A stretch of DNA of 62,796 nucleotides, filler included, from Sphacelaria rigidula (Eukaryota): the NCBI GenBank assembly GCA_964200075.2. It is 5 parts of 5 records of this genome, joined end to end, with 100 filler letters (N's around TTAATTAATTAA, not from the genome) between each part and the next. Parts side by side here need not be neighbours in the genome. Positions count along the whole stretch, not along the records: positions 25,163 to 37,640 come from CAXNAA020003722.1; 4 more parts are not named here. One strand, written 5' to 3'. A model generated the notes under the pieces. That model ran no database searches, was not told where the DNA came from, and worked only from the letters and a program-made list of their open reading frames with translations. Positions 25,163 to 37,740 of the stretch are shown in pieces. Every line of letters starts with the position of its first letter. The stretch's first letter is position 1. The translations under genes and the position numbers were made by a program.

Positions 25163-28100
25163 TAAGTTGCTTTATTGTCTGGTATCGCCACTTCCAGAGA
25201 CAGGCACGGCTTTTACACTGCCTCATGGGGGGGGGTGTTTTAGGTCATTTCTAAAAACAAAATCGCTTCAAATCGTCGTGAAAACACTCAACGGATGTTC
25301 GAACGCGCTTGCTAATGATAAACGATGCTCCTGCATCCATTCATACTGCTTGACACCGATGAACCCAACTACAAGCGCACTGCGAGTGTGTTAGGTCGAC
25401 TGACACACCGACGAGCCCCTTTCTTCGTGGAATCACTCCCGTCCCTCACTCATCGTACCATGACCCTCTGAGGGCACGAAAAGTCAAACTACACAAGTCT
25501 GGCGGGATACGAACCCGATTTTTTTTTCTTTTTTCCTGACATAATGGCGTCAGTTGATCCCATACACCACCGCGGGGCGCAGCGTGGTGGACTGTGATAA
25601 AATGTGCGTGTGTATGTGATTGTGTAGTTCGATGTGTTTAAGTCTGAGGCAAGGCAAGGATAGCCGGACGCCCACGTACAATTGGATGCAAAACACCGGA
25701 ATCCCCCGGGACCGCGGAACAACTCCGACGCCTTTGCTGCTGACATACGGCGGCATTTGTTTCGTTGTACTTTTTTCACTTCCGAGCTATTTTTGCAAGA
25801 ATATGTCTACTTGTCGACGTGAGTAGTCATTTCCCAGCGTTTTCTTGTCGGATGGGGCTCTCGCATTGTAGGGAGCAAGGGGGCAGCGGAGGCATGCTAG
25901 ACATCAAAGATGCGACTATGATAGCCTTAGACATCCGGGGCCGTCGCTCGCGGCTTAAACGGACGGACTATGGAGAGGAGTCCGGAGTAGCTGTTATGGT
26001 GAAAACCAAACGCACACATAGCATCAAAGTATCTCGGCAAGAAAATTCCGCGCATCGTAGTCAGTCGTGCACTGGCCACGATCAGTTCTATATCGCCGTC
26101 GTAATAAATCGGTGGGCTACCTATTTCTCGTAGTCCGAAATGGTCTTCTGAGGTTGTCACGTATCATTTCTTCTCTGTATTGAGATTTCCACGTCTTCTT
26201 TTTTTAATCTCCTTTTTTCTTTTGATTGCCTTGTACCTTATTCTGGGCAGTCAGTCAGCCTGTGACCACGGAAGGCATCCGCATCAGAGGCCCAGTGCGG
26301 AAGTGAGAGAATAATGCGCAGAGATCGGAACAGTTTGTCATTGGGAAGACAATAACAACAGCGACAACTATGTAGCAAAGTAGTGGAGAGCTGATTCCGC
26401 TGGGGGCAAATGTAGTCCGGAGAGAGACATACGAAGGTGTCAGCACACAGAGCCGAACGTGCACTTTCTTCTCTCCCGACCACGTTCAACACTATAGTGC
26501 TGAATGTCTATGGCCTGTAATGTTACGATCTAGTGCTGGCATCGCTCCTGGGAACGACCCGTGTCAGTTTAACGAGCATCTACCCCTACAAAAGGCCATC
26601 CTCCAAACCTTCAAGGGGCGGTCAGCGCACCAAGTCACAGAATAGAAACGATGAACATTCAATGAGTGAAAACAATTGTGACTACTCCGGAATTTCCCGG
26701 TCCCTCCCCCGCCCCTCCTCCCTGTCCTTCTCCTCTTTTATTTCCGGTCGATCGAGGGAGTTGATATTAACGGTCGTTTGTTCCGTTTTGCTAGCTCCAA
26801 GATCGCGAGATCAATCGCAGTGTTGGCCGTCATATCAACAACTCCTTTTCTCACTACAGTGCCTTGGGTTCATTGTGCACCGCCGTAGCAGAATGTTTAG
26901 ACGACTAGCCGGACGTCCCTTCATTGATTTGATTGATTGATATATTGCCGCACTCTTACTCACTCCCCAGTAATCCAGCCTTGATCACAAGATAGATGGA
27001 CAGAATTCTTCGCTGGCACAGGCTGCTTTTTGTTCACTTTCTCCATTCTCCCCCATCTCGAAAGAGATGCGTGGTGAATGGCCAAATGGCTAAGGTACGC
27101 AACGAATGAGTACCCCTCGCCCCCGTCCCTCGTCCCCCCATCCCCCCTCCCGTGTTCTCAACCCCTCGAGCTCTTCCTCCGAGGAACGGGTCCGTGACTT
27201 AAGCGCATCGATCGCATGAACCTCTCTCTCTCTGTCTCTCTCCAGGTACCCACATCAAAAGATTGATTCCTGCGGCCGGTCGTCCTTCCATCGATTTCTC
27301 CTCTGTTTTTGCTAATTTCTCGCTGAGGCGCCTTTACAGACGATGGAAACAAGGCAAACAGAAAGAAAAATACAAAAGGGTTCTTGTACTTGTATTGTCG
27401 GGGATCGAAACTCCTCAGAGAAAAAAAGAGAGAAAAGGGAACCCTTACTCCAACATCTGGAGCATCGACAAACCAGATCCGAAGTCATTTTCGCAGATGT
27501 GGTTTCTCGTGAGGGAAGGAGGGTGGGGGTGTAGGGGGGGGTTTAATCAGGCTGGACTAACCACCTACACTCTTCAATCACTTTTGGCCGCAAGGGTAGT
27601 CCGTCTGGATCATTCGTTCTTTTCCTCATCAAGGGAAACTGTTGCCGAATCAACAGATGACTTATTGCTGTTGCCGTCAAAGGGTTAAGGTGAACCCGAA
27701 CGTTAAACCCGAACAGGATTCGGTCGTGAACACTGCAATAGGGCAAAGGGAGGTCGGATCTCCCATATTCGTCGAGGTGAAGTGTGCGATGGGCGCCAAT
27801 GGGGGCACGCATACGCTGAGATACGGCTTGGCTTGGGCCCATTATTATCAACTCTGTTTTTTTTTTTCGGAGATCTCAAATTTTTGTTCAGCCTTTTCGG
27901 ACTCCGCGTTCAGAGTTCTCTCTGGAAACGAAGCGACTTGGTTTTGTTTTGGGCAACATACAAAAAAGGGTACACCCTGGTACTTCTGGAACAAAAAAGG
28001 GTAACGTATTTTTCGCTTTGGGGCGCGGCACTGCACGCGGGCTAAACACTTCGAAAACACGTTCCAGCGCCTCAGCCTCACGTCCAAGGTGTCTGGGCAG

Positions 28101-30343
28101 CATACCCGTCCATCTTTTTTCATTTTCACCAGTGTTACTGGGCTGAACCACGGCGCCGAAAATGAGAGCCGGTGAGAGTACCCTTTTTTGTGAGCAACAC
28201 AGGAGGGTACACCCTGCCCTCTGCTAAGAAGTTATACTATGCCCTTTTTCGTTCTACTGTTGACCCTCTTTTGTGACATGGTGATCGTACCGCCGTCTAA
28301 GCACAAGAAACGCCGAGCAGTCACAACCATAGCCATTTTCGGTAAAATCACACCCCACGAAAAAAGGCCGAAACCCAACGCCCACAAGAGTGTATCATCC
28401 CTGCTGGTTGACCCGAAGACCAGGAAGATCCAACGATGCATACAGGTCGCTTGTGTACCGGAGCTCACAAAGATCCAACGAACATGGGTGAACATCTTGC
28501 CGACACGCCAGCCCGAACGGCATCATGCGGCGATAAAATCAGACCGTTGCCGGACCTGCAATCAGCGGCTCGGACACAGATGGACACCGACCGGATTCCT
28601 GATTGGAGGCAGAACGCCTGAATCCAACTGCCTAGACTGTACAATCGGTTGTCTTCCTCTAATCGTTGCCGTTGCACCCACAAGACCACCACTAGTTTTG
28701 CCCCGGATTCTAGGGAACGAGTGGGGAGGGAGTGAAACATCTGAGAACCTGTATGAAGTTCTAGATTTTGTATTTTACCCCCGAGATGGTCAGCGTTTAC
28801 TGCCTTGTGCGATGAGAAAGGCCGTTCTCAGCTCAAGGGTGATCGAGCGAATCTCCTGCGATAGCATCTCAACCCTTTTAGACTCGTGAGGCTAGTCCAC
28901 CTGGATCATGCATACTTTGTTTCAAGTGAAATTGATGCCGTTTTCAACAGATGACCTACTCTGGTCGCCTGAGGGTTCATGTGCAGGAAAAGGTATGGGC
29001 ACACTTTTGAGCCTTTCCATTTCACACCTTCACAGTACTATTAGCAAGCAAAAGTATCTGACGATGCACCTTTTTGAGAGGCGGACAATTCATCGTCGGT
29101 TGGGGTCGCTATTGACGGGACTTTTTTTCAGTCATTTTTTCGTTCACCTTCTCGGAAATTTTGCCAAATTTTCTCAACACAATAATTTGACGAAAAAAGA
29201 ATCCAACGCTAGATTTTCCCGAATAATATGTTGTCAGCCCCGTATTGTTCTATTCCGTGACCTGGTTGGGAAATCTGCTTTTCAAATATTTCGAAGGGAG
29301 AGTTTTTTTCTCCGAAACAATCCGGAAAAGCCTGGAGAAAATCGGCCTCGATGAAAATGAACCTTTATATAACTAAATTTACGATCCCTAAATCTACGAT
29401 CTCTGAGGCCTGATTGCCCAAGAGAGAGAAAAATCGTTGATCGCGGGTTAAACACTCTCTTCGCAAACTGTGCGCTATTCTGCGTTCCTGGGGTGCAACA
29501 CTGAACAAAGCCCAAGGATTAATATAGCTTCATATGATGCTGATCAAACACACCAAAAGTAAGCAGGTCATATTCGGACAAATCAGAATTCTCGGCTGAC
29601 TCTTGAACACTCCAGGTCCATTTCGCACGTCCAGCGCTGCCCCGAATTCTTTGGCCTTTATTACTTCTTCTGTAGCCTCCTCCTTCTGTGTCCTCCCTTT
29701 TCACCCATCCTTGTCTCTATATATTTATATGTGTGTTCTTTCCTGCCGGTGTACGTCAGAGCAGCGTGGCACCCCGCTTCAGTCTGTTTATCCATGGATG
29801 AGAGGGCCTATACCCCATGTAGTGCGGTCGTGGTAAATGAGCCGCAATATTTTCTTTTTCCACGGCATTTTGTTTTCTCTGACTGGAAATGGGTGTAGTC
29901 CTGCGCAAGACCTTTTCCGCCGAAGCCATGTGGCAAAGGACGGCATTTTTTGTTTTTTTTTGTTCTTCCTTTCTTTTCTCTTTATCTCTGAGTCTACTCT
30001 ATTGTTTTGTTCTACGTCTCTCTGTTTGCTTTTTATTTTTTTCTTCAGCGAGTGAGTGTTTCGGTTTTGCTTTGTCTCGGGTACGTAGGTCTACCATGTG
30101 ACATATGACCACCGCTGGATCCGTGGGGGGTCGGTTAAAAATGCGAGAATCAAATAAAATTAAGCCACTCGAACCAGAAGTATTATCAACAGCGTTTTTC
30201 TCGCAGTGTTTTTTTGCCAACTTTCCGCCCACTTCTCCCTACGGAACAACTGAGAAAAGTCACTAAAGTCATAGCACCGACAACTCAGACGAGGCGTTCC
30301 GAAAAGATATACACTGAGCACGCTTCAGTTGGAAAATATATAT

Positions 30344-30727
30344 CATACCGGGAGAAATCTCTGGGGGGCTCCGAACGTGCTCAAATATAACCATACTTTC
30401 ACAATTTCCCCGTGACTGCTGTATTCTGTGACGACCTCCGTTTCGTTTCAAAGACCGTCTCTGTTTTCTACTTTGATCATCTCCGTTTTTTTCTGTGATT
30501 ATCTCCATTTTTTTTGGTGACGATCTCCGTTTTTTTCTGTGACGATCTCCGTTGTATTGGTGACGATCTCCGTGCTCTTCTGCGGCGATCTCCGTTTTTT
30601 CTGTGGCGCGATCTCCGTGCTTTCCTGTGGTGCGATCTCCGTTCTTTTCTGTGACGATCTCCGTGCTTTTTTTTGGTGATCCCTGTCTCTCTCTTTTTTT
30701 TGTGGCGATCTCCGGGCTCCCGGTATG
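30344..30727. mobile_element. MITE-like element with 11-bp TIR and internal ~21-23-bp GATCTCCGT tandem units
   Basis: CATACCGGGAG (30344) / CTCCCGGTATG (30717-30727). About 10 degenerate CGATCTCCGT(T/G)-pyrimidine units at 30475-30715. No convincing TSD. Confidence 0.6.
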
Positions 30728-30740
30728 TACGAGCACACAG

Positions 30741-30847
30741 GCATTATCGGAAGCGGTAGAGGCAGCAGCAGCCGACGTGGCACGTGCGAGGTCCCGAGCG
30801 GAGGGTTTGACGGCTAAGGCTATGTGGACGGAGGCCAATGCGAGAAG
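30741..30847 (+). CDS. Internal exon of a coiled-coil protein (ALSEAVEAAAADVARARSRAEGLTAKAMWTEANAR)
   Basis: CACAG|GCA acceptor and AG|GTGCTG donor. Ends in phase 2, matching the next exon. Confidence 0.65.
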
Positions 30848-31819
30848 GTGCTGAGGGAGTTACATACAAATCAGGGGAAGGCACCCGGTGTAGTAGTAAA
30901 AACTTCGAAAACATACATTATTATGGGATGTACAAGTCCTGTGGAGTGCGTGTGTATGTTTTGTGTGAAAAAAAGGAACGAAAAAATGTACGTAATTTTT
31001 CCACCTGTGTATGAAAGGTTCGAGCTTTTTTTTCAGTAGAGCACTTGCAATCAGTGAGCTTACGGCAGTGCACTGTTGCGAAGCACGGTACTGTGTAGGC
31101 CAGCACATCGACATCTTTTCAAGAAAAACACGCGGATGACCAACACGTCCTATTAGGCATCCATCTCGGTAGCGTCAGCACTTAGCTGCTGCGCTGCAAG
31201 AAGGCAGAGACCCCAACGCCTCCTTCCGTGCGCTTGTTCGCAGTGTTCGGAGCGATCTCATCTTCTTATCGTTTCTGCATGAAACTGGCACAGTTCCTCC
31301 TTCGCCAGGTGAACGTTATGATTGCCAACCATCCCAAACTCAAAAACGGTTTTGAGCAATGCTGGGATAGCCCCCCCCCCGCACCCACCCATTGGCCTGG
31401 TCCAACGAGAACCCGCCCTGCTCCGTCCTGGCTTTGTAGGGACGAACCTCCTATGGGGTTGGCGTCGGTTGGTAACGACGCTGCAAAACACGCCACTCAC
31501 TGCAGAGGCTAGATAACCCGGTCGCTGCTTTTTTTACGCGCTTGGGCTTGTTTTGCGGTAACCATGACGGTGGTCGAGCTTGGTCATGTTATGCGGCGTG
31601 AGAGAACCTCAACTTCGCACAATGGGGATGGATCATCATACTGGTATATGAATGTTCAGACACCCATGAGGCAGTGTGGAACCCGTGACTGTCTCTGCAC
31701 GTGGCGATACCAGGAAGTGAAACGACTCAATGTGGGCTGCCATACTAATGCAAGACAACCAGTACGAATCGGGGCGAACAATCTCAGCAGGATGCATCTC
31801 ACTCTTCATGCGACTCACC

Positions 31820-31965
31820 GAACACACTACGGCGCTTCGCGCTTGGCGATCAATTGCGAGCCCGGTCCGGCGAAACCCCAGCATGCTCCGTCCCGGCTTT
31901 GTAGGGGTGCGAGGTCGATGATCTCATGTTTACGGCATGCGAGATCATGAGTACGCCCCCCTCCC
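31820..31965 (+). repeat. ~150-bp dispersed repeat (other copies at ~55800-55945 and ~62290-62390, partial at ~31400-31445)
   Basis: Shared ACGG(C/A)GCTTCGCGCTTG...GCTCC...GGCT...GTAGGG...CGAGGTC core. Confidence 0.75.
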
Positions 31966-32019
31966 TCCTCCCCGACCCCGGTCACTATACCCCCCCTGCT
32001 ACACACTGACGACGAGCAG

Positions 32020-32233
32020 CGCAAGATTAGCCGTGTCAGCTCTAAGAAAGTCGGTAAGCACAGCTCAGGCGTCGAGGCACTCGGGCCGTGGTGATGCGAA
32101 GGAGGCGTTGACAGGGGGGGCGCGGGGCGGGGGGGAGTGGAGCGGTATATCCGACGGCGGTCATGATAAGGTACAGGGGCTGATGGACAGAGAGCTCGCC
32201 GATGAGCTTCGTCGCCAGGAGAGGTTGTATGAG
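32020..32233 (+). CDS. Next exon of the coiled-coil protein (...LMDRELADELRRQERLYE)
   Basis: Branch-like ACTGAC, then GAGCAG|C acceptor (phase 2; AG+C = Ser) and GAG|GTGTGT donor (phase 0). Confidence 0.7.
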
Positions 32234-33269
32234 GTGTGTATCGTACCGCTATTGGATGCGCAAATCCATTGGTTGATCGATCGGTTGATTGGTTGGTTGA
32301 TTCGAGTTGTGTATATTAAGTGATCCCCGAGGAATTCAGCCGTGATTAGTCATTATCCACAAGGTAGACGTACGTGGCTAAGGCGGGCAAGAGGGAAGCA
32401 CTAGCTAGCGGTGAATAGAGGGAACTCGAGAAAACGGAGGAGAGGAATACAAGATATGAACAAAAACGTTAGACTGAAAAAACGAAGTGAAACCGGAAAA
32501 GACATGAAGTAACACAAAAAAAGAGGATGTGAGACAGGTCACAAATCACTCGCTTTATTGGTTAACGCGCCTGAGAGCTGAACGCGCCATATTGTTGGAA
32601 TCCGAAAGTTTGCCGAGATGAAATACACGCTTGATTTGAAAACAACAAAAAAAATGGTAAAGCCCAAAATCGTACACGCTGCCCGAGGCTCAGACCTCAT
32701 GTATCGTGGATAATAGGTGTTGCCGATAGGTGGTGAGAACTGTTTTTGAACAACAAAAGACTGCTGCGCTTAAACCCCCCAAATCGTCTACCTTGCTCGT
32801 GGCTCAGAATCCGCTTCATCTTGAAGAAAATATATTGCCTGTGCGTGGCAAACGTCTGATTGAGCAACAAGCTGTGATGAAGCTCACGTCACGGGGCTTG
32901 TTGTTGCCGAACTCATCTCGTCGCTGACGACAATGAATATCGCTCACACGAAGTAGAACCTCTCGTCAAGCAAAATAATTGTGACAAGCGAAAGTTACCC
33001 GCCGTTTTATATCGCGCCAGTTTATATCTGGTTAGGCGCTGCCTTGCAGCGAAATGCACAACGTATTCCTGTGGCGTAGACGCGATCCGACAAAGGGCAA
33101 ATATTTGCTACTAAAGTTGGGTAGGATACGACCCCGAACTCCCCAACTCTGAGGGGGTATTTGACTGTTAGTTCCAGCAGCATTGCTTCTCATCACAGTG
33201 CAGTGTGTGTACGGCTGTCTATACACACACATACATATATATATAAATATATGGAGATTAAGCAAACCG

Positions 33270-33625
33270 GTCGCCCCGGTGGCTCAGTTGGTAACCTCGT
33301 TACCTTCTGACGATTGAGTAGTGGGGTCCGATTCCCGGAGCGATCTGGGATCTTTTCTCACACCATGCCCAACAATGGAGAGCGACTATACGTCGTGGGT
33401 ACACAAGATTAGACTTAATGGTCGACGAGGGAAAGGGACTGCTGGACCCCTCTCGCGATAAAAAACAAAGGCAAGCACCGCAGAAGGAAGGTGGGGTACT
33501 CAAAAAACAAATGAGCGCCTGTCTTGACCTTTCTCCTATGTGACTTCGGCTGATGCGCCCACATACACCGAGAGGTGTAGATTGGCGTCCAGAATAAATG
33601 GGTCGACAACACACACAACAGCGCA
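33270..33625 (+). mobile_element. tRNA-derived SINE
   Basis: A box TGGCTCAGTTGG (33280-33291), B box GGTCCGATTCC (33325-33335), a ~290-nt non-tRNA body and a CA-rich tail. An inverted fragment of the body recurs at ~41320-41365. Confidence 0.8.
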
Positions 33626-33754
33626 CATCAAAGTGGGGGATATTACCGTACCATCCAGAGAGCTCATACTTTTCGTGTACCAGGTTATGTTCTTCTGATT
33701 TTTCCCGAACAATGAACGTCCGAAGCTCGGAGTTTTCTTAGCCCCTTGGCCATG

Positions 33755-33844
33755 AGGGTAGCTCATCTGGATCATGCATACTGTTTTCAAGTGAAGTTGA
33801 CGCCGGTTCATCGGGTGACCTATGCTCGCCGTCAAAGGCTTAAG
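33755..33844 (+). repeat. End of a piggyBac-like non-autonomous family (copies also at ~27595-27688, ~28895-28980, inverted at ~47885-47965 and ~4725-4780)
   Basis: Shared CTGGATCAT...TTCAAGTGAA.TTGA.GCCG...GACCTA...AAGG(G/C)TTAA-like terminus. Confidence 0.6.
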
Positions 33845-34777
33845 ACTGTTTCCGTCAACTGGCGGGCCGGGTCCATAGCGATCGGAATTTTCTCGCCGAA
33901 AATTACTCATGTATACGCGCGTTATTAGCTGTGTTTTTTTTTTTCCCCTTTTGTGCTGTGGTGCTTATTCGGGCGAAAAAAGCCCCCTCCCGGTAGAACT
34001 CTTGTCATCTGTTATGTGATATGCGACAGAGTATGTTTTTGTCATATGGCACACGAGTGATGCCACGATAGCCCCCGCCCCCCGCCCCCCAGAAGTAGGG
34101 TCGGTTTGGGGAGGCAAAGTGTACATGTTACTCCAAAATGACAACAGCCGAGGACACGGAGCAGCTGGGAACCAATGCGTTTGGGATCGTTTCTGCCGAT
34201 GTCACGCGTATGACGTACTAGCTATCGTGAACTGTATGGTCATTCTCTTCGTGACATGTTTGGGGCTAGCTTCGGGAGGGGATAGGGGCGTACTCATTCT
34301 TTGCTTGCTTTGGTCGTTTGACTATTGACCACGCATCCCTTTGGAGACAAGGCATAGATGGGCTGGTTTTGGGGTTTTGGGGGGGGGGGTCGCAGCGTCA
34401 CTCACAAGATGTCAAGATATGGAGCGGATGTGACGAAAAACAGAGGATAAATGACGCAGATATTACAAATCAAACATCGCCGGTTCGAATCACCGTAGCC
34501 ACGATTTGTCAGGTCTTATTGTTCGAAATAGTAAAAAAAAACTCAACCACTGGTCAGAAAAGTCTTCACGCAATTTTTGCGCCATTCCACGTGTGAACCG
34601 TTTCACACGCCACACTTTCAGAAGGTGATTTGTCGCTATTGCATTGGCTTGCTGGTCGCACTCAACTCTCCATGATTAGAATATGACACTTTTGTGCGAT
34701 ATGTGACAGTTTCATACTGCCGTGACATATGAATATAAAAAAGCGCCTTACATACGACAAATGACATCAACACATGA

Positions 34778-35236
34778 CACACGCGGCCATTCGGCTACCC
34801 CCATAAACATCGAACGACTAAGGCAAGCAACAACTGAGTACGCCCTCCCCCCCCTCCCATAAACATACTCTATCGCGATTTTCATCCCCTCAAGGAAAAA
34901 GTGATCCTCCGGAGGATAAAAAGACCCTCTAGAGGATATTTCATACTCAGTTCCGGTCATAAAACAAATCCTCTGGGGGGCAACTGATGCTCTCGTGACT
35001 TCTAAGGTCTGAATCCCTCGAGAGTGCCAAAAGCAACAAGTGCTCTGGAGGGCTACGCATCCTCCAAGTTCCTCCAGAGGATGCGCGGCCCTCCAGAGGC
35101 AAAACAAGCCTCTGGAGGCGTTCGATCCTAACTCTCTGGAGGGCCGCGCACCCTCTAGAGGCGTTTAATCCCTCTGGAGGCTCGAAAAGTTGACCGGAAC
35201 AGAGTATTTTGGCGGGTAGCCGAATGGCCGCGTGTG
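34778..35236. mobile_element. 459-bp non-autonomous TIR element (CMC/EnSpm-like)
   Basis: Perfect 23-bp TIR CACACGCGGCCATTCGGCTACCC with GA on both flanks (2-bp TSD). Many internal CCTCT/CAGAGG quasi-palindromes. Confidence 0.8.
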
Positions 35237-37343
35237 GAAGCTACGATACCTAATAGTTGTCATTATCCGAGGGTTGAAGATGACCTCTTGTGATGTACAA
35301 ATATGACAGTTTTGCGCGATACATGACAGTTTCATATTGTAGTGTCATATGAATTTCGAAAGTTGTTATATATATATATATATGACAAAGAAACTAATAT
35401 ATGAAAATATGACTCTTTAGCATAGTCCCACCGAGCGAGATCCTAATACCTGTCATTATCCAACGGTGGAAGATGACATTTTAATGGTGGAGAAAATATG
35501 GAAGTTTCGCGAGATATGAGACAGGTTCGTATTGTCAGGTCAATCTTAAAACGTGTTCTCTCTGTATGAATATTAAAAAAATGGCGAATATATGAAATCC
35601 GACGATTTGTTGTATGGTCCTTACGGATAAAGGCTTAGCTTGTGCGCACGGCATCGGCTCACCTCTTGGCTGGGTCACTATCAAAAACGTCGAGAGATAC
35701 AGGAGCGGAGAATCCAGTGAATCTATACAGACACACTAAAATGTGACGATAGTTCGCGGATACAGGTTGGTCCGAAAATGAAATCCCTACCGGGTCATGG
35801 TCCACATACACGCAAACCTGGATATATGTCACCATGTACCGGGTGGGCAACAATCTCCATAAGAACGGATGGATACTATTTTCAGATTTCCCTGCAATTC
35901 TGTCCCTGTGGTGTCCGTAAAAGGGTATCGCCTAGTTCGTGTATAGTAGTATTGCAGGATGATATACTCCCGAGTACTTGCATCGTTCTGTTGGCCGCGC
36001 GGCTACGTCTTGCATGCTTTCTAGGAGAAGGGTCACGTAGGAGAGTAGTGTAGGGTCATGATCCATATCGAATGCTCGTGAGGGAGGGATTGGTGAAGTC
36101 ACTGTACGGTTCGTGCGAGAAAATGACGTAATGTGTGTGTTGGATTGGGTAGAAGCGTCAAATGCGTTGTGTCCTGAAATAGTTTTCAACTGTTAATGTT
36201 TTCTTGTAACATTAACCCTTCGGGAGCCCTCCCCTTCTCTCCCCGGGCCCAGATGACTCTTTGCTTCAAGTCCTTACAAAGAAAAACAAATGGGAACAGA
36301 GAAGACCTACGACAACGATTCTTTACGGCGGAAGGCGACATGAGAATTCACCAGCATACTCTTGCCGCGCACCAAAAACGTCGCTCCGGTGCGGTCGGAT
36401 GCGTTTTGTTCAATCAGGGGACGAAACGAGTCAAGTGTGTTCAACTTTGTGCATAGAGCTGAAATCAACACCTGCGTGCCTGAACTCTATACAAACAAAA
36501 ATCAGCATCACTTACTTGTCCATTTTCTGGAGCTCGGAAAATGGTACCAGTTATATCTGGCCATTATCATTATGATGGTAATAATGGTAATGATTATATG
36601 AAATATTTAGATGAAGGTTTAATACGCCTGGCGAGGTACATTGATTTGATTTCTGTATAATACGTTAATGATCTATTTCAACTCTTCTCACTTCTAACTT
36701 TCGCCCTGCCTCAGGGGACGAGTCCATGATGTCGAAGCATCAGCCCAATCTTTCCCACGGTACGGTACCCGACATAAATTGCAGTGTCGCGGATTGGATC
36801 ATGACTAGCACTCACTCCCGCACGGCGTCGACTATCGTGACAAACTAAGCCAAACAGACTCTACTGGTTTCTTTTTTCCAATGACGGGAATCAGATAATT
36901 CCGAGAAATTAAAAAAAAAGCAGACTAGACGCACCTGGCGGGAATCGACCGTGCGTTTTCTCCGCCCCAACGCCGTCAGGTGTATACAATTTTAATTTAG
37001 ATCATCGGGGCGCGGCGGCAGATTGTCGTACACCACGTTGGGAGGGCCGAGGCTCATAAGAGTAGGGCGGTGCGCGCCCTGCGCCGAGTGGACTTGGGAG
37101 TTTTCGTCGGTTCGACCCCCCCCGCTGACGTGAGTGAAGCTTTGCGAACGTTCGAGGCGCCTACCCCCACATGCACTGCCGCGAGGCGCTCTAGTCGAGC
37201 CTGCGGGAAATAATCGTCACACGAAGCCGTTCGCGGGGTAAGTGTTGGATCAGGTTTCCTCATCCCTCACGGGAAAAAAAAGAATACTGTTGGTCACAAG
37301 TTGGGCGTGTTACATGTTGAGCGTGTTTCTCCAATACCGACAG

Positions 37344-37466
37344 GCGCTACGGGAGGAGCGGCGGGGTGCGGTGGTGAGGGCGGAGGAGGCGCGCCGGCAG
37401 AGAGAGGCCGATCTCAAAGCTCTGGATGAAGTCAAGGTCCGGCTACAAGATGCTGAAGTTCGACAG
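37344..37466 (+). CDS. Third visible exon of the coiled-coil protein (ALREERRGAVVRAEEARRQREADLKALDEVKVRLQDAEVRQ)
   Basis: GACAG|GCG acceptor, CAG|GTATGC donor, 123 nt, phase 0-0, heptad-like charged sequence. Confidence 0.72.
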
Positions 37467-37569
37467 GTATGCAGGTGCTCAGTCATCTTGCTTTTCTTGT
37501 GTGAGTGGTGTTAATACGTAGCACGCGACCTGGGCTGTGCTCCAAACAAAACGCATACCGTCTCCGTGC

Positions 37570-37638
<69 letters not shown>
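37570..37638. repeat. (GTT)n microsatellite at contig end
   Basis: About 23 GTT units running into the linker. Confidence 0.95.
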
Positions 37639-37640
37639 CG

Positions 37641-37740
37641 NNNNNNNNNNNNNNNNNNNNNNNNNNNNNNNNNNNNNNNNNNNNTTAATTAATTAANNNN
37701 NNNNNNNNNNNNNNNNNNNNNNNNNNNNNNNNNNNNNNNN
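37641..37740. other. Artificial contig-join linker
   Basis: N44-TTAATTAATTAA-N44. Confidence 0.98.

Noticed and set aside
10956-30741. Joining the ankyrin-gene exons to the coiled-coil exons as one gene
   Set aside because: The phases are compatible, but the exons are on different contigs separated by artificial linkers.
33270-33345. tRNA gene
   Set aside because: A and B boxes are present, but there is no convincing cloverleaf, and the sequence continues into a repeat body found elsewhere in the window. It is a SINE head.
35660-36190. LTR integrase remnant (YHP...TGFS-like words on the minus strand)
   Set aside because: The motif spacing does not fit and no D,D35E context or LTRs are visible.
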